A stretch of DNA of 64,000 bases. It comes from Trypanosoma brucei. Lineage: Eukaryota. Position numbers and translations under genes: made by a program. This document shows positions 11,978 through 24,021 of the stretch, in pieces. The stretch's first letter is position 1; each line of letters starts with the position of its first letter. The notes under the pieces are model-generated. The model saw nothing but the letters and a program-made list of their open reading frames with translations, made no database searches and had not been told where the DNA came from. The DNA lies in NCBI GenBank assembly GCA_000002445.1, contig CH464491.1, forward strand, positions 1,824,001 to 1,888,000, read 5' to 3'.

Positions 11978-13114
11978 ATATCTGAATTTGTGGTTTTATA
12001 CTCTCTTCCTTTCCATTATTTCATTTGTACGCAATCAAAAATGTTTCAACAATCGCACATGTTTCATCTTATACGTATTCCTTTTCTTTTCCAGTTTCTT
12101 TACTCATTTAGTTATCCATCCACTTATTCATTCATTATTGATGTGTACATTTTATATGGAGCTTCCTTTAGGGTAATGGAGGGAAACACGTCATTTCCCC
12201 TTTTTTTCTTTTTTTTTAAAAAAAACAAAACAAAACAAAAAGACATAAACATGAAAGCATTAAAACATGTAAAAAAGGGGGAAAAAAAAGCAAAATGAGT
12301 GCTTGGAAGGATGTAAGGAAAATGTGTAAGTTTGTGGGGTGGGGGGTGGGGTGGGGGGGAAAAAAAGACGCGCAAGTGGGTGCACAATAATAAATACTGG
12401 TAAGAAGAAAAAAGAAAAAGAAATAAAAGTCAACAAATATATATATATATATAATTACATATAATTATATATATAATGCAGAGAGTAAACTTAATGCACC
12501 TCACTTGCTTCCCCCTTTCCAGTTAATGCTGCACGCACTTCCTTCACAGCACCGCCACCCCACCTCCTCCTCCTCCCCCCCTCCCCCTTTTCTTTAAAAA
12601 AAGATAAAAACTTTAGATTTTTTTTTTTATTCGTCTCTTTTCTTTATTCCAAAACGGGATATTTTTGATTTGTCAGGCACATCATCCGCAAAATATTTTC
12701 ATCACATGTCTTCTCTTCTCTCTTTTGTTTTTATTTTTTATTTTTTATTTTCTTCTTTTCTTTTCATTTCGTTCATTCACATTAACTTCCCGCCACTGTT
12801 TCTGGAGACGCGTTATGAAAAAAAGAGTTTGAAACCACCGACACAAACAAACACAGCGCACACACACGCAGAAAAGAAAAGAAAACATCCACCAGGTAAA
12901 TAAATAAACAAAATGAATGAATGAAAGCAATAAATGAAAGCAATAAATAAAAAGGGAAGTGAGAGAAATGATGGAGAGAAAGCAAAAAAAAAAAAAGAAG
13001 AGAAAGATATAAATGTGTAAGAACGAATGCATTTGAGTTTCATAAGCATGCCAAAAGGAACTCAAGACGCCGGCTTTTACCTCTTTTTTTTAATTATTAT
13101 TATTATTACACATG

Positions 13115-13172
13115 CACACACACACACACACACCACACACGAGCACACGAATTATATATATATATATATATA
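13115..13172. repeat. Compound microsatellite (CA)n followed by (TA)n
   Basis: cacacacacacacacaccacacac ... atatatatatatatatata. Confidence 0.9.
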
Positions 13173-16100
13173 ATTCATGAACAAGAAAGAAAAAAAAGAA
13201 AGAATTGGAAGAGGAAGAGGAAGAAGAAGAAGAAGCATAAAAGGAATAAAAGATAAAACGAAAAAAAAAGAGATGTAAATAACTACTATAACCATAATGG
13301 AAAAGCAGTATAATGAAATTATATCACCAGTAAAATTATAATAATATTATCATTATTATTAATAACAATCAACAACAAAAATAATGTAAAGACCTTTTTA
13401 AAAAAAGGAAAAGGAAAGGAAAAGGGGGAAAAAACGAGAAACGGCGCGTGTCAAAGCATAATAGAAACAAACGAAACCGATTGCCAAAGGATAGATGTAT
13501 AAGCACACAATAACAAAAAGTACCAATCACACATATGAAAAAAGTAAAAAAAACAAAGGCTCTGTAAAAACCCGATCAAAACGCCCAAAAGAAAAAAAGA
13601 AAACAACTGAAATATAGCCCATTAATCAAGATGAAGAGTATAAGGTGAAGGGGGGACAAAAAAAAAACAACGATCAACCAACAAGAAAGGGAGAGTAAAA
13701 AAAAAAAAAAGGCAAAAAAAGGAATAAGCAAAAACGGACTTGCGCTTGTGGATGATTCCCTTTCTTTTATGAGTATAACGTGAAAAGTATATATGAAAGC
13801 ATCCTTTGGATAATACGCATCCGTTAAACAACAAAACAGAAAAAGAAAAAGAAAAAAAATGCACTCTTTCAACGTGGTACAACACAGAGACCAAAAAAAG
13901 AAAACGTAATCACTCAACCCCGCAAGCACCTCTGAAAGCAAAACAAAAATGAGTTTTAATTCGCTTCCACCAACGTTTTCCTCTTTTTTTCTGTCTCTTT
14001 TCTTTTCTCCTTTTTTTTTTCTTTATGTCTCCTCTTGTTGTTTTGATCAAACCCCTTCAGAGTAGCGCTCATTCAATCATTTTTTTCTTTCCTTTTTTTT
14101 TCGGTTCTTGTTTAACCTCCTCCTGCACAATTTTTTTCTTTTTTGCGGTGCCCCTTTAGTGTCACCCAAGCCATCGAGAAAACATAAAAAGAAAAGCATA
14201 AATAAACGTAAAACACAAAAAAAAAAACAAAAAAGAAAAGAAAAGACAATACAACAAGAAAAACAAGACAATCAATTGGATGAAAAAAGAAAAAGAAAAA
14301 GGGAGGGGGGAAAACACAGAAGCAACACGACACCAAGAAAAAAAAAAGACCAAAAAAAAACTAAGCAGCAGGAATGCGGCTCAGTAACGAAAATATATAA
14401 ATGAAAAAGGAAACCAAGAAAAAAAAAAAGAAGGAAGAGGAGGAGGGATGTGGGGAAGGAGTATTAATATACAGCGGTGCAAAATATTTTAGCCTCCTCC
14501 GTAATCGCCACCACCGCCACCGCCATCATAATTTTCACATCCTCCTCCGAGTCACAAGTGTGCGCGGGATGAACCTCGCAAAAAGAAGAAAAAACATAAA
14601 CGACAAAAAAAAAAAAAATAGAGAATTGTAAAATGCCGCTTTCATCGCCTCCATTTTTGGTGCCATCATTTCGAACCTGCACCTTACCAACGTCTCTTCC
14701 CTGGAAAATAAACTTTTTTTATTTTGAGTTTTTAATCATGTCACGTTTCCTCTCATTTCTTTCCGTCACATCATACATTCGAGATAATATCTCAAAATGT
14801 CTCTCCTTTTTTTTTTACTTCTACAGGTCAGCAGCGGCAAGTTGAAAGGAAACGGGAAAAGCATCACATAAAAAAAAAACACAACGACCTCTACCTCCCG
14901 CTAAATATCAATAGCTTCCGTTCCCTTTTTCATTCTTTATTTTCTCTTTTACATTTTTGTTTCTTCGTGTTCCTTCTTCTACCGTCCCCCTCCCTCACTA
15001 ACTCATTTATTCATTCATTATGCCTCATTTCAGCTGCACTCGTATGGAATGCACGTTAAAAAAAAAAGGATCAGAGAAAGGAAATATTGAACGCTGTCAC
15101 AGAGTCTTCATGTCCATCCACAGTGATACGAACGAAGGTGTTCAAAAAACAAAAAACAAAAACAAAAACAAGGGCAGTTGGGGCAACGCTGCGGTCGCAA
15201 ACGTAAAGAGTAAACAAACACGTCAGACAGTGACAGTAAGCACAACAAACAATCAAACAAAGGCTCGACAGCTAAGAAGACAACGCGAGAGGAGGAAAAT
15301 CAGCAAACAAAGGGGGGAAACATATAGAAAAGTGGGTAAAGTACGAAATTGAGTGGGGCTACAAACAACAAAAGACGTATCGGATGGCGTAGGAATAATA
15401 GTGATACAAAAAAGAAAAAGAAGAAAAGAGGGAGTAACATCGGAATGCAGAAATAAAGAAGGAGTAACACGTACTCCCCCCAACTTTCTCACTGGAGTCA
15501 CTCTTCCACGTGGTTATTTTCATTTCCCTCTAAATCCACCTCTTCTCCTCCTCCACTCCGCAAGGGAAGACAAGTTCCATATATTTTACAGATATTTTCC
15601 TACGAAACGCAAAAAAAAAACCTTCCGCTCCTTTCCCTGACCCCCCCCCAAAAGGTGCAACGCGTTATACTTCGCTTCCCTTCCATTCATATACGTACAC
15701 ATATAAATATTCGATTAAATAAACATATACAAATGTGGATATATGAGCATATATATGTATATGAATGTTCGTATTCAATTGTATGCGTGTATTTTGCCGC
15801 GGTCTGCGCCAAATGGGAAGGAGGAAAAAAATAAAAGCAAAAAACAAAAACAAACAGCACAAAATGAAATAAGATAATACGAACAGAAAAAAGAACGCGG
15901 GAAGACACCGTTCCGCTGGTCAAGGCAGGGTTAGGCCCCCTTATTTACCTCAACATCTTTCGACGGACATTATTTACGTTCATTTCCAACTATTACCTTC
16001 ACGTCAAAAGGAAACTGGTGTCCACTACATTTGTTGCATCCCCATCCTTTTCACCTTTTTTTCTGCCATTGATTCGTTTAACCTCGTTCCCCATCCGGGG

Positions 16101-16376
16101 AGGTCGCACAACTCGAGGCATACGTCAGATGTTCTGTTTATTTCCCCCTCACTTCTCTTCTTTCCCCTTCTCTGCACAAAAACAAGGGAACGGGAGAAGC
16201 ACTTCACCCATTTATTATCCCTCTTATTGGTTTAAAGTCGAAACAAAACAACGTCCCGCTGGCTCCTCCACTCCACGACATGATGCCCCACACGGGGAAT
16301 CCGATGAAAACAAAACGGAACACAACACCAAAGCAAAAGGAGCAAAATAGCGTTCACTCCGGTCAGGGGTTCGGTC

Positions 16377-17969
16377 TCAAGCACTTATGCCACACCTCCC
16401 AAACTCAGCGGCGGTGGGCACTGCAGTACGGCTACGTCGATCTACCGTCATCATGGGTTCACTGCAATCGAAAGAATCGGGAACAGTTGGCGGTCTGGGA
16501 GGAGGGTTCAATTCACCGCGGCTTAGCTCGACGATGAGCGGCATGCACGGCAGCCCATCAGTCTCTGAGTGGCGTGTTTGCTGCGGCAGATTGCGGACGC
16601 GCTCGCAGTACTTTCTTAAGTGAGAATATTGCTCCCTGTCGGCAGCGTACCAGAAACCGTGTCTGTCCATGAGTACGCGGCAGCGCACTTGGTAGATAAG
16701 TGTCCATATGTCTTTCGTCCTCACACGTGCAATAAACGATGTCTCGGAGCGCCACTCAACGCTTTCAGCGACCGCCATGCCATCACCACACACCACCTCT
16801 AGAACGCGATTGAGAACAACAACGGCGCGCTGACGTAGCTCGCACGGAAACATCTGAAAAAAGACAAGCAGGGTCCGCCCCGCATCCTCCTTCGAGACGG
16901 TGTCGGTTTGCCCGTAGCGGGAAATTGTATTCGAGATGTTGTAAGAGTGGTACAAGCAAAATCCCTGAAGTGTTCCATGAACGTTGACGCTGGAGCGTTG
17001 GTGGCCGGCTGCTGCTTTGCGCCCACTCTGCTGCACCTGGTGTGAGTCGTAACTGGGTGGACTCCCCACACCTGCAGCAGCGCAGGCAGCGGCGAGGGGC
17101 GAGCTATTCATTGGTGTGCTGGGTTGCAGGAGCCCATTCCCCAACGGGCTTGAAGAAGATACAGACACGGGGAAGCACGTGACGGTGGGGGAAAAGGGTG
17201 CAGCAGAGTTGGGGCCCGGAGTCACCGCAGTGAGCTGATCGCCCATCACGGTGCCAAACGTTTGCTGCGCTGGCGTCATTGGCACATATGTCATGCCCCC
17301 ACAAACATCCATGGAAAGCTGCGGCTGCGCGACAACGTAGTGTGGAACGCCACCGGGAGCGGGGCAAGAACCCTGAACATACAGCGTATGAGGAGTGTTA
17401 GGCTGGGTAACCATTACAAAGTTGCTATTCCCCTGTGATGCCACGAAGGTGGAAAGTCCCACTGGCAGCGAAGGTGGGGTTGATCGCTGAAACGACACGC
17501 CATTACCCTCACTCACGCCCGGTGAAATGACGGGTGTGCTTATAGACAGGAACGGCGAAGCGGTCATCGCACCGGCGTACGGGGAATACGTCATGGAACT
17601 TTTAGTGGGGGAACTTGCAGAAGAACCCCCAAACGAAGGCGGTACTGAGTGAACATTTGACTCCATCAGCGGCGAATATCCACGGGTCTTCATGGAGAGA
17701 GGATCGCTTCCATCCTGCAGCATGTTGTGGCAAACTTCATCGCACCCAGGTTGTCGAGCTGTGCTTATGAAAAGATGCGGCGGAGCCCTTCGCATGCCAG
17801 GGGCGGCGTTGTCGTTTCTCATATCAGAGGGACCGGTCAGCATTCGATCGGTGATTGATTCGGAGGGTGGCCCTGAAAGCCATACGCCATGAGAGATCCA
17901 CCCATCACAGGGCTGGCCAGCAGCGTTGTCGAGCGAATGCTCGGTTAAGGCTGGGTTTCTGGGATCCAT
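16377..17969 (-). CDS. Hypothetical protein, 530 aa, with a large Ser/Pro/Thr/Gly/Met-rich low-complexity middle and a structured N-terminal domain
   Basis: A long minus-strand ORF. About 300 residues are compositionally biased. The N-terminal ~150 aa (RTLLVFFQMFPCELRQRAVVVLNRVLEVV...CRVLMDRHGFWYAAD) look globular. I recognised no named domain. Confidence 0.5.
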   Translation of the reverse strand: MDPRNPALTEHSLDNAAGQPCDGWISHGVWLSGPPSESITDRMLTGPSDMRNDNAAPGMRRAPPHLFISTARQPGCDEVCHNMLQDGSDPLSMKTRGYSPLMESNVHSVPPSFGGSSASSPTKSSMTYSPYAGAMTASPFLSISTPVISPGVSEGNGVSFQRSTPPSLPVGLSTFVASQGNSNFVMVTQPNTPHTLYVQGSCPAPGGVPHYVVAQPQLSMDVCGGMTYVPMTPAQQTFGTVMGDQLTAVTPGPNSAAPFSPTVTCFPVSVSSSSPLGNGLLQPSTPMNSSPLAAACAAAGVGSPPSYDSHQVQQSGRKAAAGHQRSSVNVHGTLQGFCLYHSYNISNTISRYGQTDTVSKEDAGRTLLVFFQMFPCELRQRAVVVLNRVLEVVCGDGMAVAESVEWRSETSFIARVRTKDIWTLIYQVRCRVLMDRHGFWYAADREQYSHLRKYCERVRNLPQQTRHSETDGLPCMPLIVELSRGELNPPPRPPTVPDSFDCSEPMMTVDRRSRTAVPTAAEFGRCGISA

Positions 17970-18496
17970 ACCTGTTGAAGGAAAGGTAGCAACTCTCTCT
18001 CGCTTTATCAGAAGAATGGCAAGTAAAGCACGCTGCGAACCGGAGCAAACGTCAGCTCAAATTAGCTTGTTACGCGTGCACTCTTCCAATGAAGCGCTCC
18101 TAGTTTTTGCCCTTACTATTACTACAGGACTTGCCCAGAAGTACTTCGGGCAGATTCGTACTGTGTCGCAACAAACTCACCCGCAGCTAACTAAAAAGGT
18201 GCACCACTAGATCAAACCCCCTAAACAGTGATACGCGCTCAAGCTGAATTTCGCACCCGTCCAAAGAAGTTGTTGTAACCTTACTATCTTTTTATTTCGC
18301 ACGCTCACAAAGTAAGCGCACGGTCACCTACAGTCTTTTTAAATGCATAAAGGAAAAGGCAGTTAAACGGTGGTAGAAAGTTAGTGTTTACGAGATGACA
18401 CGGAAGATGCTCCTCGTAATTGGATGTAGAGTGCACTGCACATTTGGCTTAAGAGGAGGAGCGAACGAACATGGAAGGCTGATGACGCCTAGCTTG

Positions 18497-19591
18497 TTAA
18501 TCCGCCGAGCGGTGTCGCTTATTATTATGAACTTGCTTAGCCTCCACACGGCGCTTACACCACTCCGGAAAATTTCGTCGTGCATACTCCTCCTCCTCGG
18601 AGGTAAGGGGCAGCAATGTGGGACACACCGATCTTAGCTCCCTTCCGAACTCACCATCAGCTAAGTTGTACGAGGCGAGCAGTTCGTTCGCCGTCGCGGC
18701 GTTTCGACACACGACAAATGCGCGATGTGGAGCTGCTGGCGACGCCGGGTCGCTGTCCTCCACCTTCACGAGAGTGATCCCCTTTTTCAGCGCATGGTTG
18801 GTAAGAGAGAGGTTACCAAGCTTCATCTTTATTGTTGCCCACGAAGTTCCGTGCGGAACGCCCTCGACCTTCAGGGTTGCACCCTTTCCAAGAGAACGTC
18901 TCACAGCCGGATCCTGTAACTCTGCTAGAGCTTTCTGAGCTTGAACCACATTGTGCAGTAGCTGTGCATCGCTCTCCGCTCGACTCTTTTCCACCATCTT
19001 ATTGTGGTGGTCCTCCAGCATAACAACACGCAGACGGGTCGGCAGAAAGTGCTGAGCCAGTGCTGTGGGGGCTTTGCCGAGGGTTATAACAGCCTTGGTG
19101 CACCTGACAGCCTCTTCCGCAGTGGCAAAGCGGACCACAAAAGATGAATTCATCTGTGTGTCGCCTGGGGAGCGGGGGAGAGCTGCGGCACTCTGCACCG
19201 TTCCGTAGTCCTTAAAAAAGTTCGTTACTTCTTCTACAGTCGACGCACGGTGGAGAGGCCACACAACAACACTTCGTAGGGCTGGGTCAGCCTTTGGATC
19301 GAGGAACTTCCGGCGACGCAGAGACCGCACACCGCCCTCACCTTCGACAGCTTCAACAACGCTGCTTGTAGCCGCGGCGGCGAAGACAGCGGCAACGTTT
19401 TTCTCATCAACAGGGCAGTTTGCATAGCGAAGAAAAGCGGCGCAGGTGATAGTCGGGGGTTCCTTCAGGTCGCCGGTATTACGAGGAGATACCTTCTCGC
19501 GAAAGAAAGAGTTTGTCTGCTCGAATAGATAATTGTCATCAAAATACTTTTCCAGTAGCTCAGCTGCCGCATCCCTATTCTGTTCACTCAT
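18497..19591 (-). CDS. La-domain protein (La motif followed by an RRM-like domain); the ORF extends to 19705 but the likely start is the internal Met (MSEQNRDAAAELLEKYFDD)
   Basis: The N-terminus AELLEKYFDDNYLFEQTNSFFREK...VEAVEGEGGVRSLRRRKFLDP resembles the La-motif consensus (xxQVEFYFSDxNLxRDxFLK ... VRRR). An RRM-like segment and a basic C-terminal NLS-like tail (KRRVEAKQVHNNKRHR) follow. The 38-residue upstream extension is hydrophobic and leader-like, probably not translated. Confidence 0.55.
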   Translation of the reverse strand: MSEQNRDAAAELLEKYFDDNYLFEQTNSFFREKVSPRNTGDLKEPPTITCAAFLRYANCPVDEKNVAAVFAAAATSSVVEAVEGEGGVRSLRRRKFLDPKADPALRSVVVWPLHRASTVEEVTNFFKDYGTVQSAAALPRSPGDTQMNSSFVVRFATAEEAVRCTKAVITLGKAPTALAQHFLPTRLRVVMLEDHHNKMVEKSRAESDAQLLHNVVQAQKALAELQDPAVRRSLGKGATLKVEGVPHGTSWATIKMKLGNLSLTNHALKKGITLVKVEDSDPASPAAPHRAFVVCRNAATANELLASYNLADGEFGRELRSVCPTLLPLTSEEEEYARRNFPEWCKRRVEAKQVHNNKRHRSAD

Positions 19592-19851
19592 CCTGATTAC
19601 TTCCTGGTTTGGCCCTATGAATGGTGCGGTGGTGAAAAATAACGGTAAGCACGGAAGAACAGAAAAAAAAAGGGAAGACATTCTTCGCGAGCGACAGTAG
19701 ACCACCTTGATACTCCCCCATTAGTGACGGCCAAAAAAAAAAAAAACGAATAAGTAAACAAATCAACCAAACGAAAATACTACTCTTACTCGGCTTGCCT
19801 TGGTACGCCTCTAAACCCCATACTTTTTCGGTTTGGAGGCAAAGAATACCA

Positions 19852-21120
19852 CTAGAAGAACTTGTCGTAGTATTCATCATCGTCGGTATAATTCTTTGTT
19901 CGATTTGAATTTCCACTTCTCGGTTGATAGCGGCAATCTAGTACGGGGACCCGCTGCCTGCTCCCCCTACTATCCATATACTCCCTTTGCGGCATATGCT
20001 CAGTGGCATAGTTTGTGTTGTGGTGCCGATGGGAATGGGAATGGTTCCTGTCGTCACTCTCATGCATTCGATCACCACGGTAATCGTATGAAGCATTAGC
20101 ACTTCCACCGTCGTTTTGATTCTCTCTTCGCCTCCAAGAGCCATCTCTAGAAGCATATCGAGGAGGATTGTGGTAGCTTCCGCTGTGACCTGCATGATAT
20201 TCTCTTTCATGATGACGATACGGATTCACAATCTCGTTATAGACGCCATCTCGGGGGTAACTCCGACCGTCTCCTCTACCGCGGTAGTCGTGCCGACCCC
20301 AAGAACGCGAAGGTGATGCATAAGATCCTGTACTGTCCGCGCCCCGATCGCGCCTTCTTGAAGGGACACCGGACCTCTCAAGTGCAAGCGCTGCATTTAC
20401 CCAGGGATCTGCCACAGTTCTTGCCCTACTTTCACAGTTGAAAACGTTATGACCCTCCTCCCCACAGAAGCAGCAGGAAGGAAAAGACGGCTCCAACCGT
20501 GGCGAGCAATCAAAATGGCCAAAGCCTGAGCACGAAGTGCACTGAACAGCTAACATCTCCTTTGACCGAGTATCTCCGGAACAAATAGTCACAAATGGCG
20601 ATGTCTGCACTTCCTGACAAATGTGGTGGTGCCTACGCACAGAATGGCAAGTTTTGCACAACGAGTTATGACAATCAGGTTTTTCGTGTCCCTCCATCCC
20701 GCACACCCAACAAACCTTTTTTATGGGGCCCACAGCCCTCTGGGTGGCAAGGTCATAGTACCTGCTCGGCCCGCGCTGTGTTTCAGATTTGCAGGCCTGT
20801 TGTCGAGAACCTGCGCCATCCGCATCAGACACCATTGCGGGCTTTGTATCTGACGGTTCCCCGTCGATCACCAGCTTTTTGGGAGCTGCTTCACTACGGC
20901 TCTCGGCACGTTCCCTGGGGGTCTGTCGTCGGGCCGAAGCATCCGCAGAAGTGTCTTCGACCATGCACCTCCCGCCGTCTTTGCACTGATATATATAACC
21001 AGTAACAACTTGGTCAGCGTCGAAAACTGGCAAAGCATTGCAGTGTGTCGAAAAACGGAGGAGCCCATGAAGTGAGCACCTCACTAATCCATTGGGTTTT
21101 ATCGATTTCCCTTCCTGCAT
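19852..21120 (-). CDS. CCHC zinc-knuckle protein with an RG/RGG/Tyr-rich C-terminus (putative nucleic-acid-binding protein)
   Basis: Several Cx2Cx4Hx4C knuckles are present: CWVCGMEGHEKPDC, CTSCSGFGHFDC, CFCGEEGHNVFNC. The C-terminal half is low-complexity (R/G/Y/D/S). Confidence 0.65.
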   Translation of the reverse strand: MQEGKSIKPNGLVRCSLHGLLRFSTHCNALPVFDADQVVTGYIYQCKDGGRCMVEDTSADASARRQTPRERAESRSEAAPKKLVIDGEPSDTKPAMVSDADGAGSRQQACKSETQRGPSRYYDLATQRAVGPIKKVCWVCGMEGHEKPDCHNSLCKTCHSVRRHHHICQEVQTSPFVTICSGDTRSKEMLAVQCTSCSGFGHFDCSPRLEPSFPSCCFCGEEGHNVFNCESRARTVADPWVNAALALERSGVPSRRRDRGADSTGSYASPSRSWGRHDYRGRGDGRSYPRDGVYNEIVNPYRHHEREYHAGHSGSYHNPPRYASRDGSWRRRENQNDGGSANASYDYRGDRMHESDDRNHSHSHRHHNTNYATEHMPQREYMDSRGSRQRVPVLDCRYQPRSGNSNRTKNYTDDDEYYDKFF

Positions 21121-22182
21121 CCCTCTTCCTATTCACTGTTTACTTTACTTTGTACTGGTAGCTTCACGTTGTAGTCTCCGGCTACCCTAGTTCCGTCTAG
21201 TCCACCACACGCACACGTCACGATCAAATTTATTATGATGAATAATGTAAGAAGGAAGAAGCTCACACTTTGACCAACGATAGCAACATCAGAGACTCAC
21301 GCAAATAGCAGTACATTACGAAACAAGGCGTGACCGCCGAGTACTAACATATTTTACCATCAACAGCCCACAAGCGGGACGCTACTACGCCACACGTTCC
21401 AAAGCGGGTACGTAAAAAATTAGGGAGACCGATAGTTTCGAAAAAAAAAAAACTTTAACACACACCGCTCCATCAGTTCGTGACTGCAAGCATGTGCGCC
21501 GAGCTGCAACCCGCTAAAGTTTCCCGCTTGGTCTTCTCCATCCACTTCCACACAACAGGAAACAAAATAAAGAACCCCACACAAACGAAATAATAATAAC
21601 ACGAAACATTCATATTCACAGAGAACTCCATTGGATTGCAATCAGCGCCCACAAACACACACCGGTCCAAACCCCACCAAAGGGTTCTGCGCTGCTCGTA
21701 AGCCCCGTGGTCGGACTGTTAGTGGCAAGTGCCCACTTCGGTTTGGACAGTGCACGTTGGCGGCTTGAACAGAGCAATCCTTCCCTAATTACGCTGTGAT
21801 TCCACAACAGACCGTGTTCAGTGAAACCTCCACGAGCGAAACCCAATTAAGAGCAGCAAACAACGAAAAGGGTAGGTATTAGCAAATTCACAACACCTTG
21901 AGTATACGTTCACAAAAAAAAAAAATACAAATTGTACAGTGTTGGCCAATTCCTCTGATTGCTGAATGCTGCTCTGGGCTGCATAGGTGCTGCGCCAATG
22001 CAAAAAATAAATAAATAAATAATCATAAACCAACGAGACCCATACACAATTCTCCCTCCATCAACCACGCTCACTCATCCCACACTCCTGCTCCACCCGA
22101 GTTTGAGCCGCACGTGCGCAATATTTCACCTACCGCAAACCTGCCGATTCCCAACCTATGTGTGCTGTGCGGGTATCAATCC

Positions 22183-24021
22183 TCACATACGAAAAACCCC
22201 AAACTTTGTTTCTCCACAAGGAGCTGAAAGCGTTGACAGTAGCGCCTGTACTACGACCGCACGAGTGTCCTCGGGTGCGATAACACCATCATCCCACAGA
22301 CGGGCGGTGCTGTAGTAACACGAACCCTCATACTCGTACTTCGATCTCACTTTAGCCTTGAAGTCTTGTACTTCGTTTTCCCTTAACTTAGAATTCGTTA
22401 GAGCAAGTACTGTCGCCGCTTGGTTTCCCCCCATGACACTGATTCGTGCATTGGGCCACATGAAGAGAAATCGTGGACCAAAGGCGCGCCCGCACATACC
22501 GTAGTTCCCAGCCCCGTAGCTTCCGCCAATGATTATCGTAATCTTCGGAACGTGAGTCGTTGAAACTGCTGTGACAAGCTTTGCGCCATTCTTGGCTATG
22601 CCTCCCTCTTCATACGTTTTGCCAACCATGAATCCCGTGATGTTCTGCAGAAATAGTAGTGGAATATTCCTGTGTGAGCAAAGTTCAACGAAATGGGCAC
22701 CTTTAAGCGCTGATTCAGAATACAGAATACCATTATTAGCAACAATACCCACAAGCATCCCCTCAAAGCGCGCAAATCCACACACCAACGTATCACCATA
22801 TAGCTTTTTGAACTCGTCAAACTCACTTCCATCCACGAGACGAGCTATCACTGCGCGCACATCGAACCCCTTTACTACATCAGCCCCCATATCAGGTATA
22901 AACCCACCTATTTCACTAGGATCATATAATGGTGGAGTGAATTCTCTCCCGCGGCACGGCCTCTCACAGTCGTTCCGGTTAAGGTTCGCCACAATGCGCC
23001 TCGTCAAGTATAGCGCGTGGAGGTCGTCCGTCGCGAAGTAATCAGTCACGCCACTTGCCCGACAGTGAACGTCTGCACCACCCAATTCTTCCGGTGTAAC
23101 CTCCTCACCGGTTGCTGCGAAGACAAGTGGTGGACCGCCAAGAAAAATAGTACCGTTACCTTTAACTATGATACTTTCATCGGACATGGCAGGCACATAT
23201 GCTCCGCCGGCCGTACAGCTTCCCATAACAGTCGCTATTTGGGCGATACCCTTGGCAGACATATTTGCTTGGTTAAAGAATATGCGGCCAAAATGTTGTT
23301 CATCCGGAAACACATCACCTTGCATACCCAAATTGGCGCCACCACTGTCAACGAGATATATGCAGGGAAGGCGATTTTCTTCCGCAATTCTCTGCGCTCG
23401 CAAATGTTTCTTGACAGTGATCGGGTAATACGTCCCACCTTTCACAGTAGCATCATTGGCAACGATCATAACCCGCATGCCGTGCACAACGCCAATACCT
23501 GTTAGGATACCGCCGCGGTGACAAGCTTCTCCGGGATAGAGATCCCCACCAGCGAGTTGAGACAGTTCCAAAAACGGCGACATTGGATCGACAAGCTTCT
23601 CAATGCGCTGATGGACCAAAAGTTTTCCGCGACTGATGTGACGATCCCTCGCTCGCTTATCTGCCTCAGAGTCTCCATCGACAATAACCTGAACACGTCT
23701 ACGAAGTTCAGCGGTAAGTGCCTTCATTCGCTCGGTGTTCGCCTTGAATTCTGGATTTGTGGACTCGGCGGGGTAGTGAAGAACATTTGGCCTCGTAGTT
23801 GCTGGTGCAGACTCGTACTGTGCAGGGTGAAATAGATATACTTCGGACATATTTCCCCCTTTTTGCTCCTTACGAGGGTCCCCCTTGGGAACCTGGCTGC
23901 TCCCCAACGGGACTTCGGACGTTGAGTAATCCCGTCGAGGCCCGAGTGCAAAAACGCGGTGCGAAAAAACAACTGAAACGCTACATCCACAAACCTTGCC
24001 CAACCGGCAAAACGACTTCAT
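22183..24021 (-). CDS. 3-methylcrotonyl-CoA carboxylase beta subunit / acyl-CoA carboxyltransferase, with a mitochondrial presequence
   Basis: A 612 aa ORF with a two-lobed carboxyltransferase architecture: [29 protein letters not shown] and a second crotonase-like lobe with [15 protein letters not shown]. The N-terminus is a basic, hydroxylated presequence. Confidence 0.85.
   Translation of the reverse strand: MKSFCRLGKVCGCSVSVVFSHRVFALGPRRDYSTSEVPLGSSQVPKGDPRKEQKGGNMSEVYLFHPAQYESAPATTRPNVLHYPAESTNPEFKANTERMKALTAELRRRVQVIVDGDSEADKRARDRHISRGKLLVHQRIEKLVDPMSPFLELSQLAGGDLYPGEACHRGGILTGIGVVHGMRVMIVANDATVKGGTYYPITVKKHLRAQRIAEENRLPCIYLVDSGGANLGMQGDVFPDEQHFGRIFFNQANMSAKGIAQIATVMGSCTAGGAYVPAMSDESIIVKGNGTIFLGGPPLVFAATGEEVTPEELGGADVHCRASGVTDYFATDDLHALYLTRRIVANLNRNDCERPCRGREFTPPLYDPSEIGGFIPDMGADVVKGFDVRAVIARLVDGSEFDEFKKLYGDTLVCGFARFEGMLVGIVANNGILYSESALKGAHFVELCSHRNIPLLFLQNITGFMVGKTYEEGGIAKNGAKLVTAVSTTHVPKITIIIGGSYGAGNYGMCGRAFGPRFLFMWPNARISVMGGNQAATVLALTNSKLRENEVQDFKAKVRSKYEYEGSCYYSTARLWDDGVIAPEDTRAVVVQALLSTLSAPCGETKFGVFRM

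Larger units (their letters stand above)
6541..16376. repeat. A 9.8 kb ORF-free low-complexity tract. It alternates pyrimidine-rich and purine-rich blocks, homopolymers (A/T up to ~14, C11, G12) and many microsatellites.
   Basis: No ORF over 166 aa in any frame. The ORFs that exist translate as poly-L/F/K/C. Specific microsatellites are listed separately. Confidence 0.85.

Noticed and set aside
6541-16376. CRISPR array, integron or other prokaryotic repeat-spacer structure in the repetitive tract
   Set aside because: The repeats are simple microsatellites and homopolymers with no regular repeat-spacer periodicity. The whole window has eukaryotic (kinetoplastid) gene content and a tRNA of eukaryotic type, so prokaryotic systems are not expected.
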